A stretch of DNA of 64,000 nt, from NCBI GenBank assembly GCA_963848295.1, contig CAWKDB010000010.1, positions 576,001 to 640,000 on the forward strand, written 5' to 3'. The DNA is from an uncultured delta proteobacterium (GTDB taxonomy: Bacteria > Myxococcota_A > Polyangia > Haliangiales > Haliangiaceae). Below the pieces are notes generated by a model that was given only the letters and a program-made list of their open reading frames with translations, had not been told where the DNA came from and did no database searches. Below are positions 50,681 through 60,930 of the stretch, piece by piece. The position numbers were made by a program, and so were the translations under genes. Position 1 is the stretch's first letter; every line of letters starts with the position of its first letter.

Positions 50681-52213
50681 CTAGTCGCTGATCGGCAGCT
50701 CGCCCGCGTGAAAGCTCGCGAGGCAGCGCGTGATCAGCACGTCGTGGCGCTGATCCTCGTTAGTCGCGGCGCAGATCTCGCGAATCGCCTGGTAGAGCTT
50801 CCTCACCGGCGGTGGCAACGCGTCGGCGCGGCCGGTTGCATCGGTCGCCTGCGCCGCGGCGAGCATCGAGATCGCGAGCATGTGATCGGCGAGGCCCTGG
50901 ATCGCGCGCAGATCGCGAGCGGCGATCGAGCCCATCGGCACTTTGTCCTGGTTGTGGCCCTCGGTGCTGCGCGAGAACACGCTCGCCGGCGCCGCTTGCT
51001 TCATCACTTCGGCGACGAGTGCCGACGCCAAGATCTCGACCGCCTTGAACCCGTGATGCGCGGTCTGCCCTGGACCTTCGATCCGCACGAGGTTCTCGGG
51101 GATCCCCGAGGTCGCGGTCGAGTGGCACAGCAGCACGAGCTGGCGCTCGAGGATCTCCATCGCGTGGGCGACCTGGACCTTCAGCGTGTCGGCGACGTGC
51201 GCGACGTGACTGCCGTAGAAATTGCCGCCGTGCAGCGCGACCTGGGTCTCCTCGTCGATCAGCGGGTTGTCGCCGGCGCCGTTGAGCTCGATCTCGATCG
51301 TCGCGGTTGCCTGATCGAGCACCTCGAGCAGCACGCCCACGACATGGGGCGCGCACCGCACGGAGTACGGATCCTGGATCTTGCCCGCGCCGAGCGGCGG
51401 CCGCGGCCCCGAGGCGAGCCCCGAGCGCACCCAGCCGGCGTAGCGCGCCGGTCCGGGATGCGGCTTCGCGACGAACAGGCGCTCGTCGAAGTGGGCCGGT
51501 TGGCCGCGCAACAGCAGCGACGTCCACGCGGTGACGAGCGCGTGCGCGCGCGCGAATGCGGAGGCGCGCTCGAGCGCCATGCTGACGAGCGCGGTCATCA
51601 CGCTCGTGCCGTTCATGATCGACAGCGCCTCTTTGTGCTGGAGCCGGATCGGCTCGAGCCCGACCGCCGCGAGCGCCTCGGCCGCCGGCGCGACGCCACC
51701 GCGGAAGAACACCTCGCGCTCGCCGGATAGCACCGCCGCGACGTACGACATCGGCGTCAGATCACCGCTCGCGCCGACCGAGCCGAGCTCGGGGATGCAC
51801 GGCATGATGTCGTGGTCGAGCAAGCGCACCATCGCACGCAGCGTGTCCACCCGAATGCCGCTCCACCCGGCCGCGAGCTGGGCGAGCCGGGTCACGAGGA
51901 TCGCCCGGGTCTCGTCCGCGCGCAGCAGCGCGCCGATGCCACAGCCGTGGAAGCGAAACAGATTCGCCGCGAGGTTCGCGCCGTACTCGATCGCGACCGA
52001 GTTGACGACCGACGCGCCGAACCCGGTGTTGACGCCGTAAAACGGCTCGGTGCCGCGCGACCGGACCTCGACCGCTTGCCGGCTGCGGGCCATCCGCGCG
52101 TGCCACGACGCGTTCTCGGTCAGCGCCACCGGCAGCTCGCCGCGCGCGACGCGGGCGACCTCGCGATGGCCGACGCGCGTCTCGCCGATGTACAGGCGAT
52201 CACTCACGTGCAC
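50681..52213 (-). CDS. MIO-dependent aromatic amino acid ammonia-lyase (aryl-polyene cluster type)
   Basis: YGVNTGFG, GSVGASGDL (MIO), KEAL..MNGT, QDPYSVRC, DNPL, GGNF, HNQDKV. Confidence 0.93.
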   Translation of the reverse strand: MHVSDRLYIGETRVGHREVARVARGELPVALTENASWHARMARSRQAVEVRSRGTEPFYGVNTGFGASVVNSVAIEYGANLAANLFRFHGCGIGALLRADETRAILVTRLAQLAAGWSGIRVDTLRAMVRLLDHDIMPCIPELGSVGASGDLTPMSYVAAVLSGEREVFFRGGVAPAAEALAAVGLEPIRLQHKEALSIMNGTSVMTALVSMALERASAFARAHALVTAWTSLLLRGQPAHFDERLFVAKPHPGPARYAGWVRSGLASGPRPPLGAGKIQDPYSVRCAPHVVGVLLEVLDQATATIEIELNGAGDNPLIDEETQVALHGGNFYGSHVAHVADTLKVQVAHAMEILERQLVLLCHSTATSGIPENLVRIEGPGQTAHHGFKAVEILASALVAEVMKQAAPASVFSRSTEGHNQDKVPMGSIAARDLRAIQGLADHMLAISMLAAAQATDATGRADALPPPVRKLYQAIREICAATNEDQRHDVLITRCLASFHAGELPISD

Positions 52214-53108
52214 CCCAGAAATCGAAGAAGTTAAACCAGTTCAACGGAGCCGCTCGCGCATAGGTCTCGAGGATCGAAGCATAGGACCGAGCGTAGCGTT
52301 CGAGGGCCGCCGCGCGGTCGTTGCGTTCCAGTCTTACCTCGTCGGCGAGGAACTCGAAATGCAAAGCGTAGTGATTGGGACGGGTATAGACCCCGGCCAC
52401 GAAGTAAACCGGGCAACGCAGCGCGTGGGCGAGCAACCAGGGGCCCGCCGGGAACGCCGCTTCGGCGCCGAGGAACTCGGTGACCACGACCCGGGCATCT
52501 GCCTTCTTGCCGGCCTTGGGTTGGCGATCGCCGAGGATCGCGACCAGCTCGCCGCGCTCGATCGCCGCGCGGATCGCGAGCATCGTGGACAGTGGGTCGG
52601 TGCCGAGCGGGATCAGCCGCATGTCGATGTCGGGGGCGAGCGAGCGCAGCACGCCGTTGACTCGCTCGGCGTTCGTGAAGTCGACCACGACGTTGATCGG
52701 GATCGCGAAGTCCTTCGCGCGACACCGCATCACCTCGAAGCTGCCGAGGTGAGCGCCGAGCAACAGCACGCCGCGCCCGCTCTTGGCCGCCTGCTCGAGC
52801 AGGTCGTGGTTGTTGTGCTCGAACTCGAACGAGCCGAGCCGGCCGGTCAGGAAGAACAGCCGGTCGAGGCTGACCTGCGCGAACGTATGGATGTGGCGCA
52901 CGATCGCGCCGAACGTCGCGCGATGGCCGATCCGGCGCAGGTAGTCGCGCGAGGCGCGCCGCGCGGTGCCGCGAAACAGCGCGTAGTAGAACGCGATGAT
53001 GTAGAGGAACCAGCCCGCGATCCGGCGCCCCACGGTGCGCGCGAACAGCACCAGCATCCGAATCCCGAACACCGTTCCGGCCTCCGGGATCTTGCGCCAG
53101 TCACTCAT
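52200..53108 (-). CDS. LpxL-like acyltransferase (APE cluster)
   Basis: GVLLLGAHLGSFEVMR, LGDR, FLG..A.FP.GPW, PLNWFNFFDFW. Confidence 0.9.
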   Translation of the reverse strand: MSDWRKIPEAGTVFGIRMLVLFARTVGRRIAGWFLYIIAFYYALFRGTARRASRDYLRRIGHRATFGAIVRHIHTFAQVSLDRLFFLTGRLGSFEFEHNNHDLLEQAAKSGRGVLLLGAHLGSFEVMRCRAKDFAIPINVVVDFTNAERVNGVLRSLAPDIDMRLIPLGTDPLSTMLAIRAAIERGELVAILGDRQPKAGKKADARVVVTEFLGAEAAFPAGPWLLAHALRCPVYFVAGVYTRPNHYALHFEFLADEVRLERNDRAAALERYARSYASILETYARAAPLNWFNFFDFWGARE

Positions 53109-53851
53109 CTTCGCAGCCGCTGGATCAACGCTCTCACCGGTTTGGTCAGCAGCCGCAGCACGCCCTCTACGCATAGCCGGAAATGGGCGCCCGCGATCAA
53201 CAACGTATCGACCACTCCGCGGTAATGCGAGACACCACCGTCATCGGCCGTGCGATAGATCACCGGAGTCGGCACGTGTACGACCGCGACGCCGGCCCAC
53301 ACGAGGCGCACCGCGATCTCCGGATCGAAGTCCATCGCGTTGCCGCGCGCGCGCACGCGCAGCGCCTTCGCGACCGGATACACGCGAAACCCGCACAGCG
53401 GATCGCCGACCTTGCGGCCGAGCGTCTCGACCATCGCCATGAACGCGGTGATCTTGCGAGCGCGCAGTCGGCCCTTCGGCGCCGACGCGTCGAACGTGGG
53501 CTGTGCGAGCACGAGCGTGCCGTTCGGTGCCTCGGTCACGCCGGCGACCAGCTTCGGGATGTCGTTCGGATCGTGTTGCAGATCGGCGTCGATCTGCAGC
53601 GCGTAGTCGTAGTGATGCTCGTGCGCCCATGCGAGCCCGGTCTTGACCGCGGCGCCTTTGCCGCCGTTGTGCGGGCGGAACACGACCTGGCAGCGGCCGG
53701 CGTCGGCGAGCTGCTGGACGACGTTGCGCGCGGGCTCGGCGCTGCCGTCATCGATGACCACGACATCGGCGATGTGCTCGCGCACACGCGTCACCACCTC
53801 CTCGAGCGTCTGAGGATTGTTGTAGGTCGGGATGATCGCGCATAGCCGCAT
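53105..53851 (-). CDS. Glycosyltransferase family 2 (APE cluster)
   Basis: IIPTYNN, IDDGS, NGGKGAAV, DADLQHD, D.LCGFRVYP, MDFDPE. Confidence 0.92.
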   Translation of the reverse strand: MRLCAIIPTYNNPQTLEEVVTRVREHIADVVVIDDGSAEPARNVVQQLADAGRCQVVFRPHNGGKGAAVKTGLAWAHEHHYDYALQIDADLQHDPNDIPKLVAGVTEAPNGTLVLAQPTFDASAPKGRLRARKITAFMAMVETLGRKVGDPLCGFRVYPVAKALRVRARGNAMDFDPEIAVRLVWAGVAVVHVPTPVIYRTADDGGVSHYRGVVDTLLIAGAHFRLCVEGVLRLLTKPVRALIQRLRR

Positions 53852-53852
53852 G

Positions 53853-55487
53853 TCATTCCACGAGCAGCTGGCCGGACGCAACCACCGTCGGTGCGGATGC
53901 ATCGCCGGTCGCTGCCGATAGCACCTCGAACAACACGGTGCCGGCGTCGCGCTTGATCGTCACCGAGAGTTGTTGGTCCGGCAGCACCGGGCGGCGAAAC
54001 CTCAACCGGCGAATCCCGCGCAGCGTCTTGATCTCGGGGAGCTCGGACTTCACGACCGGCCACACGAGCCGTTCGACGATGACCGCGCCGGGCAGGATCG
54101 CGAACGCATCGAAGTGGCCGCGAAAGAACACCAAGTCGCGCGGGATCGAGGCGGCGTACTCGCCCGGCCCGACGCGGCGCAGCGGAATGCGATCGGTCGT
54201 GCCGTCGGTGTCGAACCGAACCAGATCGCGCACGCGTTCGCTGTCGACCTTGCCGCGCTCGGTGCGCGGAATCCGCGGCACGACCTTGATGATGCGCGGC
54301 ACGAACACGCCGTCGAACTCGGCGCGAATCGCCTCCGCGATCGCCGCGCGCGCCACCGGTTGCGACTGGCTGATCACCAGCGCGGTCCGCGGCTCGTTGC
54401 CCGCCGTCTCGACGACGGTGAGCGCGACATCGGTCACGCCAGGCACCGCCAGCACGGTCGCCTCGATCGCGTGCGCGTGAGCTCGCTTGCCGGCGATCTT
54501 GACCAGCTCGCTCGAGCGCCCGAGGTAGTGGAACGTGCGCTCGCCGCGCAGCTCGACGCGATCATCGAGCTCGACGCGCCCCGCCCCAGCCCACGGTGAT
54601 TCGATCACGAGCTTGCCGTCGGGCGCCGACATGGTGACACCGGGCAGCGCCGTCCACGGCTGCTCGGGATGCGTGCGGGTCGCGATGCCGCCGGTCTCGG
54701 TCGAGCCGAGGACGTCGGTGACATGCCAGCCGTGGCGAGTGACGAGCGCCATGTGGAGCTCGGCCGACAACCGCGCGCCGCTCGAGATCACCCGCAGCCC
54801 GCGCGGCATCGCCGCACTCGCCATCGCGCGCAGGTGCGCGGGCGTGCTGATCATCAGATCGACGCCCTCGCGCTCGATCGCCGCGGCGACATCCACCGGT
54901 AGCAGAGCGTCGTGGCTGACGATGCGCGCGCCGAACCGCAGCGGCAGCATGACGCCGAACAACAAGCCGTAGAGATGCGACAGCGGCACGGTCGACAGCA
55001 CGCACGACGCGGCCGGCAGCACGCTCGACAGCACACCGATCTCGCCGGTGAGCTGCGCCATCGCCTTGGTGACGTACCGCGGCCGCTCGGTCGTACCCGA
55101 CGTCGTCATCCGCACGGCGATCGTCGGTAGCGTGGTCGCATCGGTCATCGGCCCGCCCGCGATCACCGCCGGGACGTACAGCGCCTTTGGCGATCGCTGT
55201 TGGAGCGCGTCATCGTCGTGCAGCACCGCCGCGACGCTCGGATCGCCATCGACGCGATCGAGCGTGCCGGCCTGGACGTTCGGCAACAGCTCGACCGTCG
55301 CGCCCGCCAGCCACGCGCCGAGCAGGCCAGGCACGTACGACCGCGCGTGCCGGCACGACAACACGACATGGCTGGCGGGCCCGATCCGCGCCGCGATCCG
55401 CCGGGCCTCGGCGCTCAGATCGCGCAGGGTCTCCCCGTCGCGATGCCACGGTCGTGCGAGATCAGCATGTAGCAGGGAGCTCAACAT
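53853..55487 (-). CDS. AMP-dependent acyl-ACP synthetase fused to a C-terminal FabA/Z-like dehydratase
   Basis: TTSGTT..P, STVP..HLYGL, GSTETGG, KIAGKR; C-terminal FRGHFDAFAILPG, LRFRRPVLP. Confidence 0.88.
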   Translation of the reverse strand: MLSSLLHADLARPWHRDGETLRDLSAEARRIAARIGPASHVVLSCRHARSYVPGLLGAWLAGATVELLPNVQAGTLDRVDGDPSVAAVLHDDDALQQRSPKALYVPAVIAGGPMTDATTLPTIAVRMTTSGTTERPRYVTKAMAQLTGEIGVLSSVLPAASCVLSTVPLSHLYGLLFGVMLPLRFGARIVSHDALLPVDVAAAIEREGVDLMISTPAHLRAMASAAMPRGLRVISSGARLSAELHMALVTRHGWHVTDVLGSTETGGIATRTHPEQPWTALPGVTMSAPDGKLVIESPWAGAGRVELDDRVELRGERTFHYLGRSSELVKIAGKRAHAHAIEATVLAVPGVTDVALTVVETAGNEPRTALVISQSQPVARAAIAEAIRAEFDGVFVPRIIKVVPRIPRTERGKVDSERVRDLVRFDTDGTTDRIPLRRVGPGEYAASIPRDLVFFRGHFDAFAILPGAVIVERLVWPVVKSELPEIKTLRGIRRLRFRRPVLPDQQLSVTIKRDAGTVLFEVLSAATGDASAPTVVASGQLLVE

Positions 55488-56110
55488 CGACCGGCCCCGG
55501 AACGGGACGGAGGGAACAACTTGCTCAGGATCCAGTCAAGCGGATTGCGGCCGTAATCGCGGAACTGGATCTTGCGCACGACGTGCTCGACCGCGAACAG
55601 CACGCCGACGAGGACATAGCTGCCGATGCCGACGTAGACCGTCCAGACCTCCAGCGACGCCCACGCCGCGAGCACGAGGCCGATCGCGGCGAGCACGATG
55701 AGGTAGTAACCCCACACGCGGGTCCAGCTCCGGCAGTGCGCGAGCTCGCCTGCGCTGAGCTCGGGCTTGACCATCCGGGCGAAGTGCTCGATCAACGGCG
55801 TGCCGCGCAGCGAGCGCAGGAACGTCAGCCCGAACGTCGCCTGCGTCGCGGCCGGCAATACGAGCAGCCAGGTCCCGTTATTCGACACCCAGCCGAGCAA
55901 CGCGAACACCGCGGCGATCGCGGGCAGCTGGAGCGCGGCGGCTCGTTGCTCGCGCTTGGCCGACAGCAAGATCGGGATCGTCCGCACGACGACCCAACCG
56001 CACAACGTCAGCGCGGCGACCGCCACGTCCTGGCGAGTGAGCGTCCAGTACAGGACCCAGGGCGACGCGAGGATGAACAGCGTCGAGAGGACGTTGAGGG
56101 TCGCCTTCAT
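55481..56110 (-). CDS. APE-cluster membrane protein (COG4648-like)
   Basis: Multiple TM helices; SL...PLIEHFAR, RSWTRVW, WTVY.G..SY.LVG.LF..E. Confidence 0.8.
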   Translation of the reverse strand: MKATLNVLSTLFILASPWVLYWTLTRQDVAVAALTLCGWVVVRTIPILLSAKREQRAAALQLPAIAAVFALLGWVSNNGTWLLVLPAATQATFGLTFLRSLRGTPLIEHFARMVKPELSAGELAHCRSWTRVWGYYLIVLAAIGLVLAAWASLEVWTVYVGIGSYVLVGVLFAVEHVVRKIQFRDYGRNPLDWILSKLFPPSRSGAGRC

Positions 56111-56769
56111 CACAAGGTCTCGTAGCCCTCGTTCTCGATCCCGAGGGTGTAGCCGAACCATTCGTTGTGGAGCGTCGCCGAGTCGGGCTCGCACTCCGCA
56201 GCCGTGCAGCCGGGCCCGAGCTCGATCCGCACCGCGCCGTGGAGCAGCGCGTTGTCCGGCCGGGTGAACACGGTCGCGCGCAGCTGGCCGGCTTGCCAGG
56301 TCTCCTCGACGTGCTCGCCATCGAGCTCGCCGGTGCGCGTGCCCGAGAAGCTCGCGCCGGCATCGGCCGGCACCGGCAGGTGCTTGAAGAACACGCGATG
56401 GACGTCGACGATCATGTTGCGCGGCGAGAACGGCAGCGGCGGGCCCATGAACTGGACGAACTCGATCTGGTTGCCTTGATGCTTGACGGTGAACGCCTTG
56501 ACGTTCATCGGTCCGAACCCGACGATCAGCAGCGTGTCGCCCTGCTTCTGCAGCACGGCGTCGAACTCGCCCTCGACCGGCGTGCCGTCGGGCTTCTTCG
56601 CGTGAATCGTGATCGTCTGGCGCACGACGAAGTCACGCCCCAACGTGCGCGGATCGTGGATGACGCCCGGATACTCGGCCGGGTCGCTCGTCAGCATCAG
56701 CGTACGCCGCACGGGTTGGCCGCAGCCGGCCGCCGCGATGGCGAGCGCTACTAGGACCGCGGCCTTCAT
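56110..56769 (-). CDS. DUF3261-like lipoprotein
   Basis: AAAG-C lipobox; position after the MMPL gene as in APE clusters. Confidence 0.65.
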   Translation of the reverse strand: MKAAVLVALAIAAAGCGQPVRRTLMLTSDPAEYPGVIHDPRTLGRDFVVRQTITIHAKKPDGTPVEGEFDAVLQKQGDTLLIVGFGPMNVKAFTVKHQGNQIEFVQFMGPPLPFSPRNMIVDVHRVFFKHLPVPADAGASFSGTRTGELDGEHVEETWQAGQLRATVFTRPDNALLHGAVRIELGPGCTAAECEPDSATLHNEWFGYTLGIENEGYETL

Positions 56770-59114
56770 GGAGAGGCGTCCTTCGTACCGAAGTTGTGGC
56801 CCGACGACGATGCTAGAAGGAAACAAAACACGAGGTTGAATGTCACGCCCAACGTCACGGTGGTCCCGAGCGCCGCCAGGCCCAGCGTATGGCTCAGCGC
56901 GAGCAGGCCGAACGACAAGATCGTCGTCACCGATGCGGTCAGGATCGTCACCATCGTGCGCGCGGTGCCCTCGGCGGTCTTCGCGGTGTCGACGAAGAAG
57001 ATCCCGAAGTCGGTGCCGAGCGACACGACGAGCAACAGCGACATCACGTGCAGGATCGTCAGCGACACGCCTGCGACGACGAGCGTGTCGACCGTGACCG
57101 CGCACGCGAGCACCGCCGGCATCAGCGCGACGAGCACCTTGCGCACGTCGCGATAGCGGGCGAGCAGCAGCAGGAAGATCACGACGAGCCCGATCCCGGA
57201 CGCCACGACGATCTTGACCCGCACGCCGCGGAACAATTCGACGATCGTCTCGTTCGGCACGATGATCGTCGCCGCCGTGACCTTGGCGCGTAGCGCCGCG
57301 AAGTCGTTGACCCCGACCAGCGGGATCAGCGCGACCGGCGTCGCGTGCGCCGGCAGCCACGTCGCGAGCAACGGAGCGAGCGGCGAGTGACGAACGTCGT
57401 CGAGCGTGAGCAACTTCGGCGATGTCGCCGCGAGCGCGTCCCAGAACGGCTGGAACTGCTCCGGCACGAAGCCGAGCTCGGCCATCGCGGCGCGGATCCG
57501 CGGCTCGGCGGCACGCGCGGCGGCAAACCGCGCGGCTTGCTCGCGCTGGCTCGGCACGAGCTGGCCGAGGGGGATGAACGAGCCGAGATCGCCGGCGGCG
57601 CGCGCTCGCTCGAGCTGCTCGGTCGCGGTCCCGACGGCCTCGAGCAACTGCTCGTCGGTGGCCGCGGTGATCACCGCGAACGAGCTCGTCTCGGGCCCGA
57701 GCCTCGAGCGCACCGCGCGATCATCGTCGGCGTGCTTGCCCTCGCCGTTGACGAGGATGTTGACGTTGTCGGAGAACGACGCCGCGCGCACCACGACGAC
57801 CGTCGTCAGCGCCGCGATCACGACACCGGCGATCCGCGCGGCCTTGCCCGAACGCCGCAGCGTCAACCGCGCCAGCACCGCGGTGACGCCGCGATCGATC
57901 CAACCGGCGGTCGGCGGCGGCCGATAGCGCGACGGCATCCACGGCGGCACGATCCAGTACGTCGCCGCCATCGACGCGATGATCGCGATCGCGGAGAACA
58001 CCGCCATCTGGCGCAAGCCCAGCAGGCCGGAGAACCCGATGCCGACGAAGCCGATGATCGTGGTCAGCGCGCCGAACACGATGCTGGGCGCGACCCGCTT
58101 CATCGTCGTCGCTGCCGGAACCGTCGGGGTCAGCGCGAAGTGGATGTAATACAGCTCGACATAATCGAGCCCGACGCCGAGCAGCGAGGTCCCGAACGCG
58201 ATCGTGATGCCGTGGATCTCGCCGAACAGCGCTTCGCACGCGAGCACCGCGACCGCGCTTCCGAACAGCATCGGCAAGAACCCGACGAGGATCAGGCGCA
58301 ACGATCCGAACAACGACAAGAAGATGACGAGCATGCCGATCGTCGAGATCGTGCTGATCCGACTGACGTCGCCCTTGATCTGCGCCTCCGACGCGAGCGC
58401 GAACTGCGCGGCGCCCGACGTCTGTACCGTCGCCGGTGCCGGTGCCGCTTTCGCGATCCAGCCGTCGAGGGTCGCGCGAAACCGCCGTTGCGCTTCGCTG
58501 TCGAATGGCGAAGCGACGGTCTCGACGAACACGAACGCGTGCAGGTGATCGGCGGAGAACAGCACGCCGCCGTCGTCGATGATCATCGTGCCCTGGGCAC
58601 GGCGTAGCGCGTTGATCGGCTCCCACATCCCGCCGAGCGGATCGCGCGGCGCGGTCTGGCGCACGACGACCCCGGTCGGGCCGCCGAGCTGGTCGCGCAG
58701 GTCCGACAGGCGCTGGTGGATCGCCGCGTCGGTATAGGCGGACTGCGACAGGAACGTCGTCGGCGGCCAGCGCTCGAGGAACGCGAACATCGCGGTCACG
58801 TCGGCCTCGGTGACGCCGCTGCGCGCGAGCTCGACGTCGGGGTCGGCGTGGAGAAAGTCGATCAGCGCGTGCGCGAGCGTGCGCAGCCGATCGGGCGCCG
58901 CGGCCGGCTCGCCCAGCGACAGATCCACGACCATGATGCGAGCGACCTCGCTGTCGGCGAGCATCGCGGCGATCTGCGCGCCGCGATCGTTGGTGTCGGG
59001 CAGAAATGCGGTGATCTTCGTCGTGAACCGGAAGTGCGGCAGCGCGACGACAAAGCCGAGCGCGGTCGCGAGCAGCACGACGATTGTCGCGGCACGCGCG
59101 CGCCAACGCCTCAC
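56766..59114 (-). CDS. MMPL/RND family transporter (APE exporter)
   Basis: Two TM bundles; FGTSLLGVGLDY, LGTDFGIF; RDPLG; GTG overlaps the LolA-like stop. Confidence 0.88.
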   Translation of the reverse strand: MRRWRARAATIVVLLATALGFVVALPHFRFTTKITAFLPDTNDRGAQIAAMLADSEVARIMVVDLSLGEPAAAPDRLRTLAHALIDFLHADPDVELARSGVTEADVTAMFAFLERWPPTTFLSQSAYTDAAIHQRLSDLRDQLGGPTGVVVRQTAPRDPLGGMWEPINALRRAQGTMIIDDGGVLFSADHLHAFVFVETVASPFDSEAQRRFRATLDGWIAKAAPAPATVQTSGAAQFALASEAQIKGDVSRISTISTIGMLVIFLSLFGSLRLILVGFLPMLFGSAVAVLACEALFGEIHGITIAFGTSLLGVGLDYVELYYIHFALTPTVPAATTMKRVAPSIVFGALTTIIGFVGIGFSGLLGLRQMAVFSAIAIIASMAATYWIVPPWMPSRYRPPPTAGWIDRGVTAVLARLTLRRSGKAARIAGVVIAALTTVVVVRAASFSDNVNILVNGEGKHADDDRAVRSRLGPETSSFAVITAATDEQLLEAVGTATEQLERARAAGDLGSFIPLGQLVPSQREQAARFAAARAAEPRIRAAMAELGFVPEQFQPFWDALAATSPKLLTLDDVRHSPLAPLLATWLPAHATPVALIPLVGVNDFAALRAKVTAATIIVPNETIVELFRGVRVKIVVASGIGLVVIFLLLLARYRDVRKVLVALMPAVLACAVTVDTLVVAGVSLTILHVMSLLLVVSLGTDFGIFFVDTAKTAEGTARTMVTILTASVTTILSFGLLALSHTLGLAALGTTVTLGVTFNLVFCFLLASSSGHNFGTKDASP

Positions 59115-59779
59115 GTCGCCCCGAAAGCAGTCGCGATCTCGGCGTCGCGCACGTCGCCGTTCTTGTGGATGTCGGTCAACCGGGTGTCCGTCGTATCCCC
59201 GCTCGCCTCGGTGACCCGCAGCGAGACGACCTCGGCCTTGTGGCCGAACACGATGACTCCTCGGACGAGCGCGCGAAGCGAATCGCTCTTCGGGGTGAAC
59301 GACAACGCCCACCAATCGCGGTCGCTGCCGTAGAGCGCGATGTCGAACGTGTGCTCGAGCTCGGCGCGGTCGCCGCGCAGCATGGTCGGGAAGATCAGCG
59401 CGAACGCCTTGAGGTCCTTGCTCTTGTCGAGCGAGATCTCCTCGGTGTGGTTGTCCTTGCGGATCTTGAGCGACGTCCGGGTCAGCACGACCTGCTGGAG
59501 CTTCGGCGTCAGCGCGGTGCGCGCGATGCCGATGTCGCGATCGAAGTAGATCGTGCCGGTCGACTCGAGCGGCCGGGCGAGCAGCGCGATGTGCTTCTGC
59601 TCGCTGAACTTGCAGCTCAGGCGATCGAGCTTGAGGTGCGCGAACACCGGATCGATCTTGGCGCCGTCGCGGCTTGCCGAGCCCGACATCAAGCTCGCCG
59701 GCGGATCGTCGCCGGCGGCGGCCGCGCCAGCGCCGGCGAACAACGCGAGGCTCGCGAAGATCGCGAGCGATCGCCTCAT
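59111..59779 (-). CDS. LolA-like periplasmic carrier protein
   Basis: Signal peptide; FSEQKHIALLARPLESTG, WALSFTPK, EASGDTT. Confidence 0.85.
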   Translation of the reverse strand: MRRSLAIFASLALFAGAGAAAAGDDPPASLMSGSASRDGAKIDPVFAHLKLDRLSCKFSEQKHIALLARPLESTGTIYFDRDIGIARTALTPKLQQVVLTRTSLKIRKDNHTEEISLDKSKDLKAFALIFPTMLRGDRAELEHTFDIALYGSDRDWWALSFTPKSDSLRALVRGVIVFGHKAEVVSLRVTEASGDTTDTRLTDIHKNGDVRDAEIATAFGAT

Positions 59780-60078
59780 GACTCGGTCTGGGCCGGGGTC
59801 GGCGGCGCGTGCCCGGGCGCCGGCTGGGTCGCCAGGATCGCCTCGATCGCCACGATCACGTCCTCGATCGTGCGCAACTCCCGGATCTTGGCCTCGTCGA
59901 ACACCATCCCGGTGGTCTCTTCGACCTTCACGGCGAGGTCGATCGCGTCGAGGCTATCGAGCTCGAGGTCGTCGATCAGGCGGGCGCTCGGCTGGACCCG
60001 GGCCGCATCGAGCTTGAACAGCTCGTTCATCATCGCCTGGATTTGCTCCAGGATCTCGGCTCTAGACGGTGCGGCCAT
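59776..60078 (-). CDS. Acyl carrier protein
   Basis: DLELDSLDAIDL phosphopantetheine Ser motif. Confidence 0.92.
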   Translation of the reverse strand: MAAPSRAEILEQIQAMMNELFKLDAARVQPSARLIDDLELDSLDAIDLAVKVEETTGMVFDEAKIRELRTIEDVIVAIEAILATQPAPGHAPPTPAQTES

Positions 60079-60089
60079 AAGGCGTCGCT

Positions 60090-60117
60090 AGTTTAGTTAC
60101 CGAGGGTGCGATTTCAA
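60090..60117 (-). promoter_or_regulatory. Candidate internal sigma-70 promoter for the ACP-to-lyase half of the cluster
   Basis: Minus strand TTGAAA, 16 nt, TAAACT, 11 nt before ATG 60078. Confidence 0.5.
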
Positions 60118-60160
60118 GCCAGATCGTGCCCAGGATGCCCCACGATCGTCACCTGCGCGG

Positions 60161-60799
60161 TCAGAAATTGCCAGAGAGCGCGAGCCCCTGGGCGTTGTTG
60201 GTCACCATCGGCGCGATCATCACGTTGCTGACGAGGTCGTTGCGGACGAACACGCGCTTGGTCGACGTCATGCCGTAGTACAGCATCACCGCGCCCGCGA
60301 CCTGTGCCGCGCCGAGGCCGACGAGGAACACGTCTTCAGTCGCGCTGTTGCTGTTGCCGATCTGGATGAACGGGCCGGCGACCGGGATCCACATCGCGGC
60401 GACCGGGTTGGTCTCGCCTTGGTTGGTGTCTTGGCCGACCGCCGCGATCAGCGCGCTGACGGCGTAGGTGGCGCCGAGCGTCGCCGCGCCGCCGATGATC
60501 AGCCCCTTGCGCTTGCGCTCGACCGCGGTGTAGCCGAGCGGCGCCTGCTGGCCGTCGACGACGTCGCTGATCTCTTCCGGGCCCGACAGCGCGACGCTCT
60601 GCGGGACGTACGTCGTCTGGGTCGTCTGCGATAGCGGCGCCGGGTAGAGCGGCGTGTAGACCTGGCCGGGTGCCGGCGGAGGCGCGACCACGATCGGCGC
60701 GGGTGCCGCACCGTCACCGTCGGCCAGCGCCAGGGTCGGGGCGAGCGTCAGGACCGCAACAGGAGCTACGACAGCGAGAAGGCGATTGAAGGCGACCAT
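60161..60799 (-). CDS. Uncharacterised secreted/envelope protein, paralog 1
   Basis: Signal peptide (ALA-D), Pro-rich linker, hydrophobic hairpin, WIPVAGPF, terminal GLALSGNF. Confidence 0.8.
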   Translation of the reverse strand: MVAFNRLLAVVAPVAVLTLAPTLALADGDGAAPAPIVVAPPPAPGQVYTPLYPAPLSQTTQTTYVPQSVALSGPEEISDVVDGQQAPLGYTAVERKRKGLIIGGAATLGATYAVSALIAAVGQDTNQGETNPVAAMWIPVAGPFIQIGNSNSATEDVFLVGLGAAQVAGAVMLYYGMTSTKRVFVRNDLVSNVMIAPMVTNNAQGLALSGNF

Positions 60800-60812
60800 G
60801 GGGAAACCCTTG

Positions 60813-60828
60813 AGCGAGAGTCGTGCCA
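60813..60828 (-). promoter_or_regulatory. Sigma-54 promoter of paralog 1
   Basis: TGGCACGACTCTCGCT (GG-N10-GC); same spacing to ATG as the paralog 3 site. Confidence 0.65.
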
Positions 60829-60930
60829 CTCGTAACGATACGATTTGCGGTGGCCTAGGTGGGGTGCGATCCGCCGGACCGTTGGGTACCTGACGGCGAT
60901 GTCATATGTTTGCCGCGCGGGAGCGCCGGG

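Noticed and set aside
50681..52213. hutH and a histidine utilisation operon
   Set aside because: No hutU/I/G nearby; the gene is translationally coupled to APE-type genes and has non-HutH specificity residues
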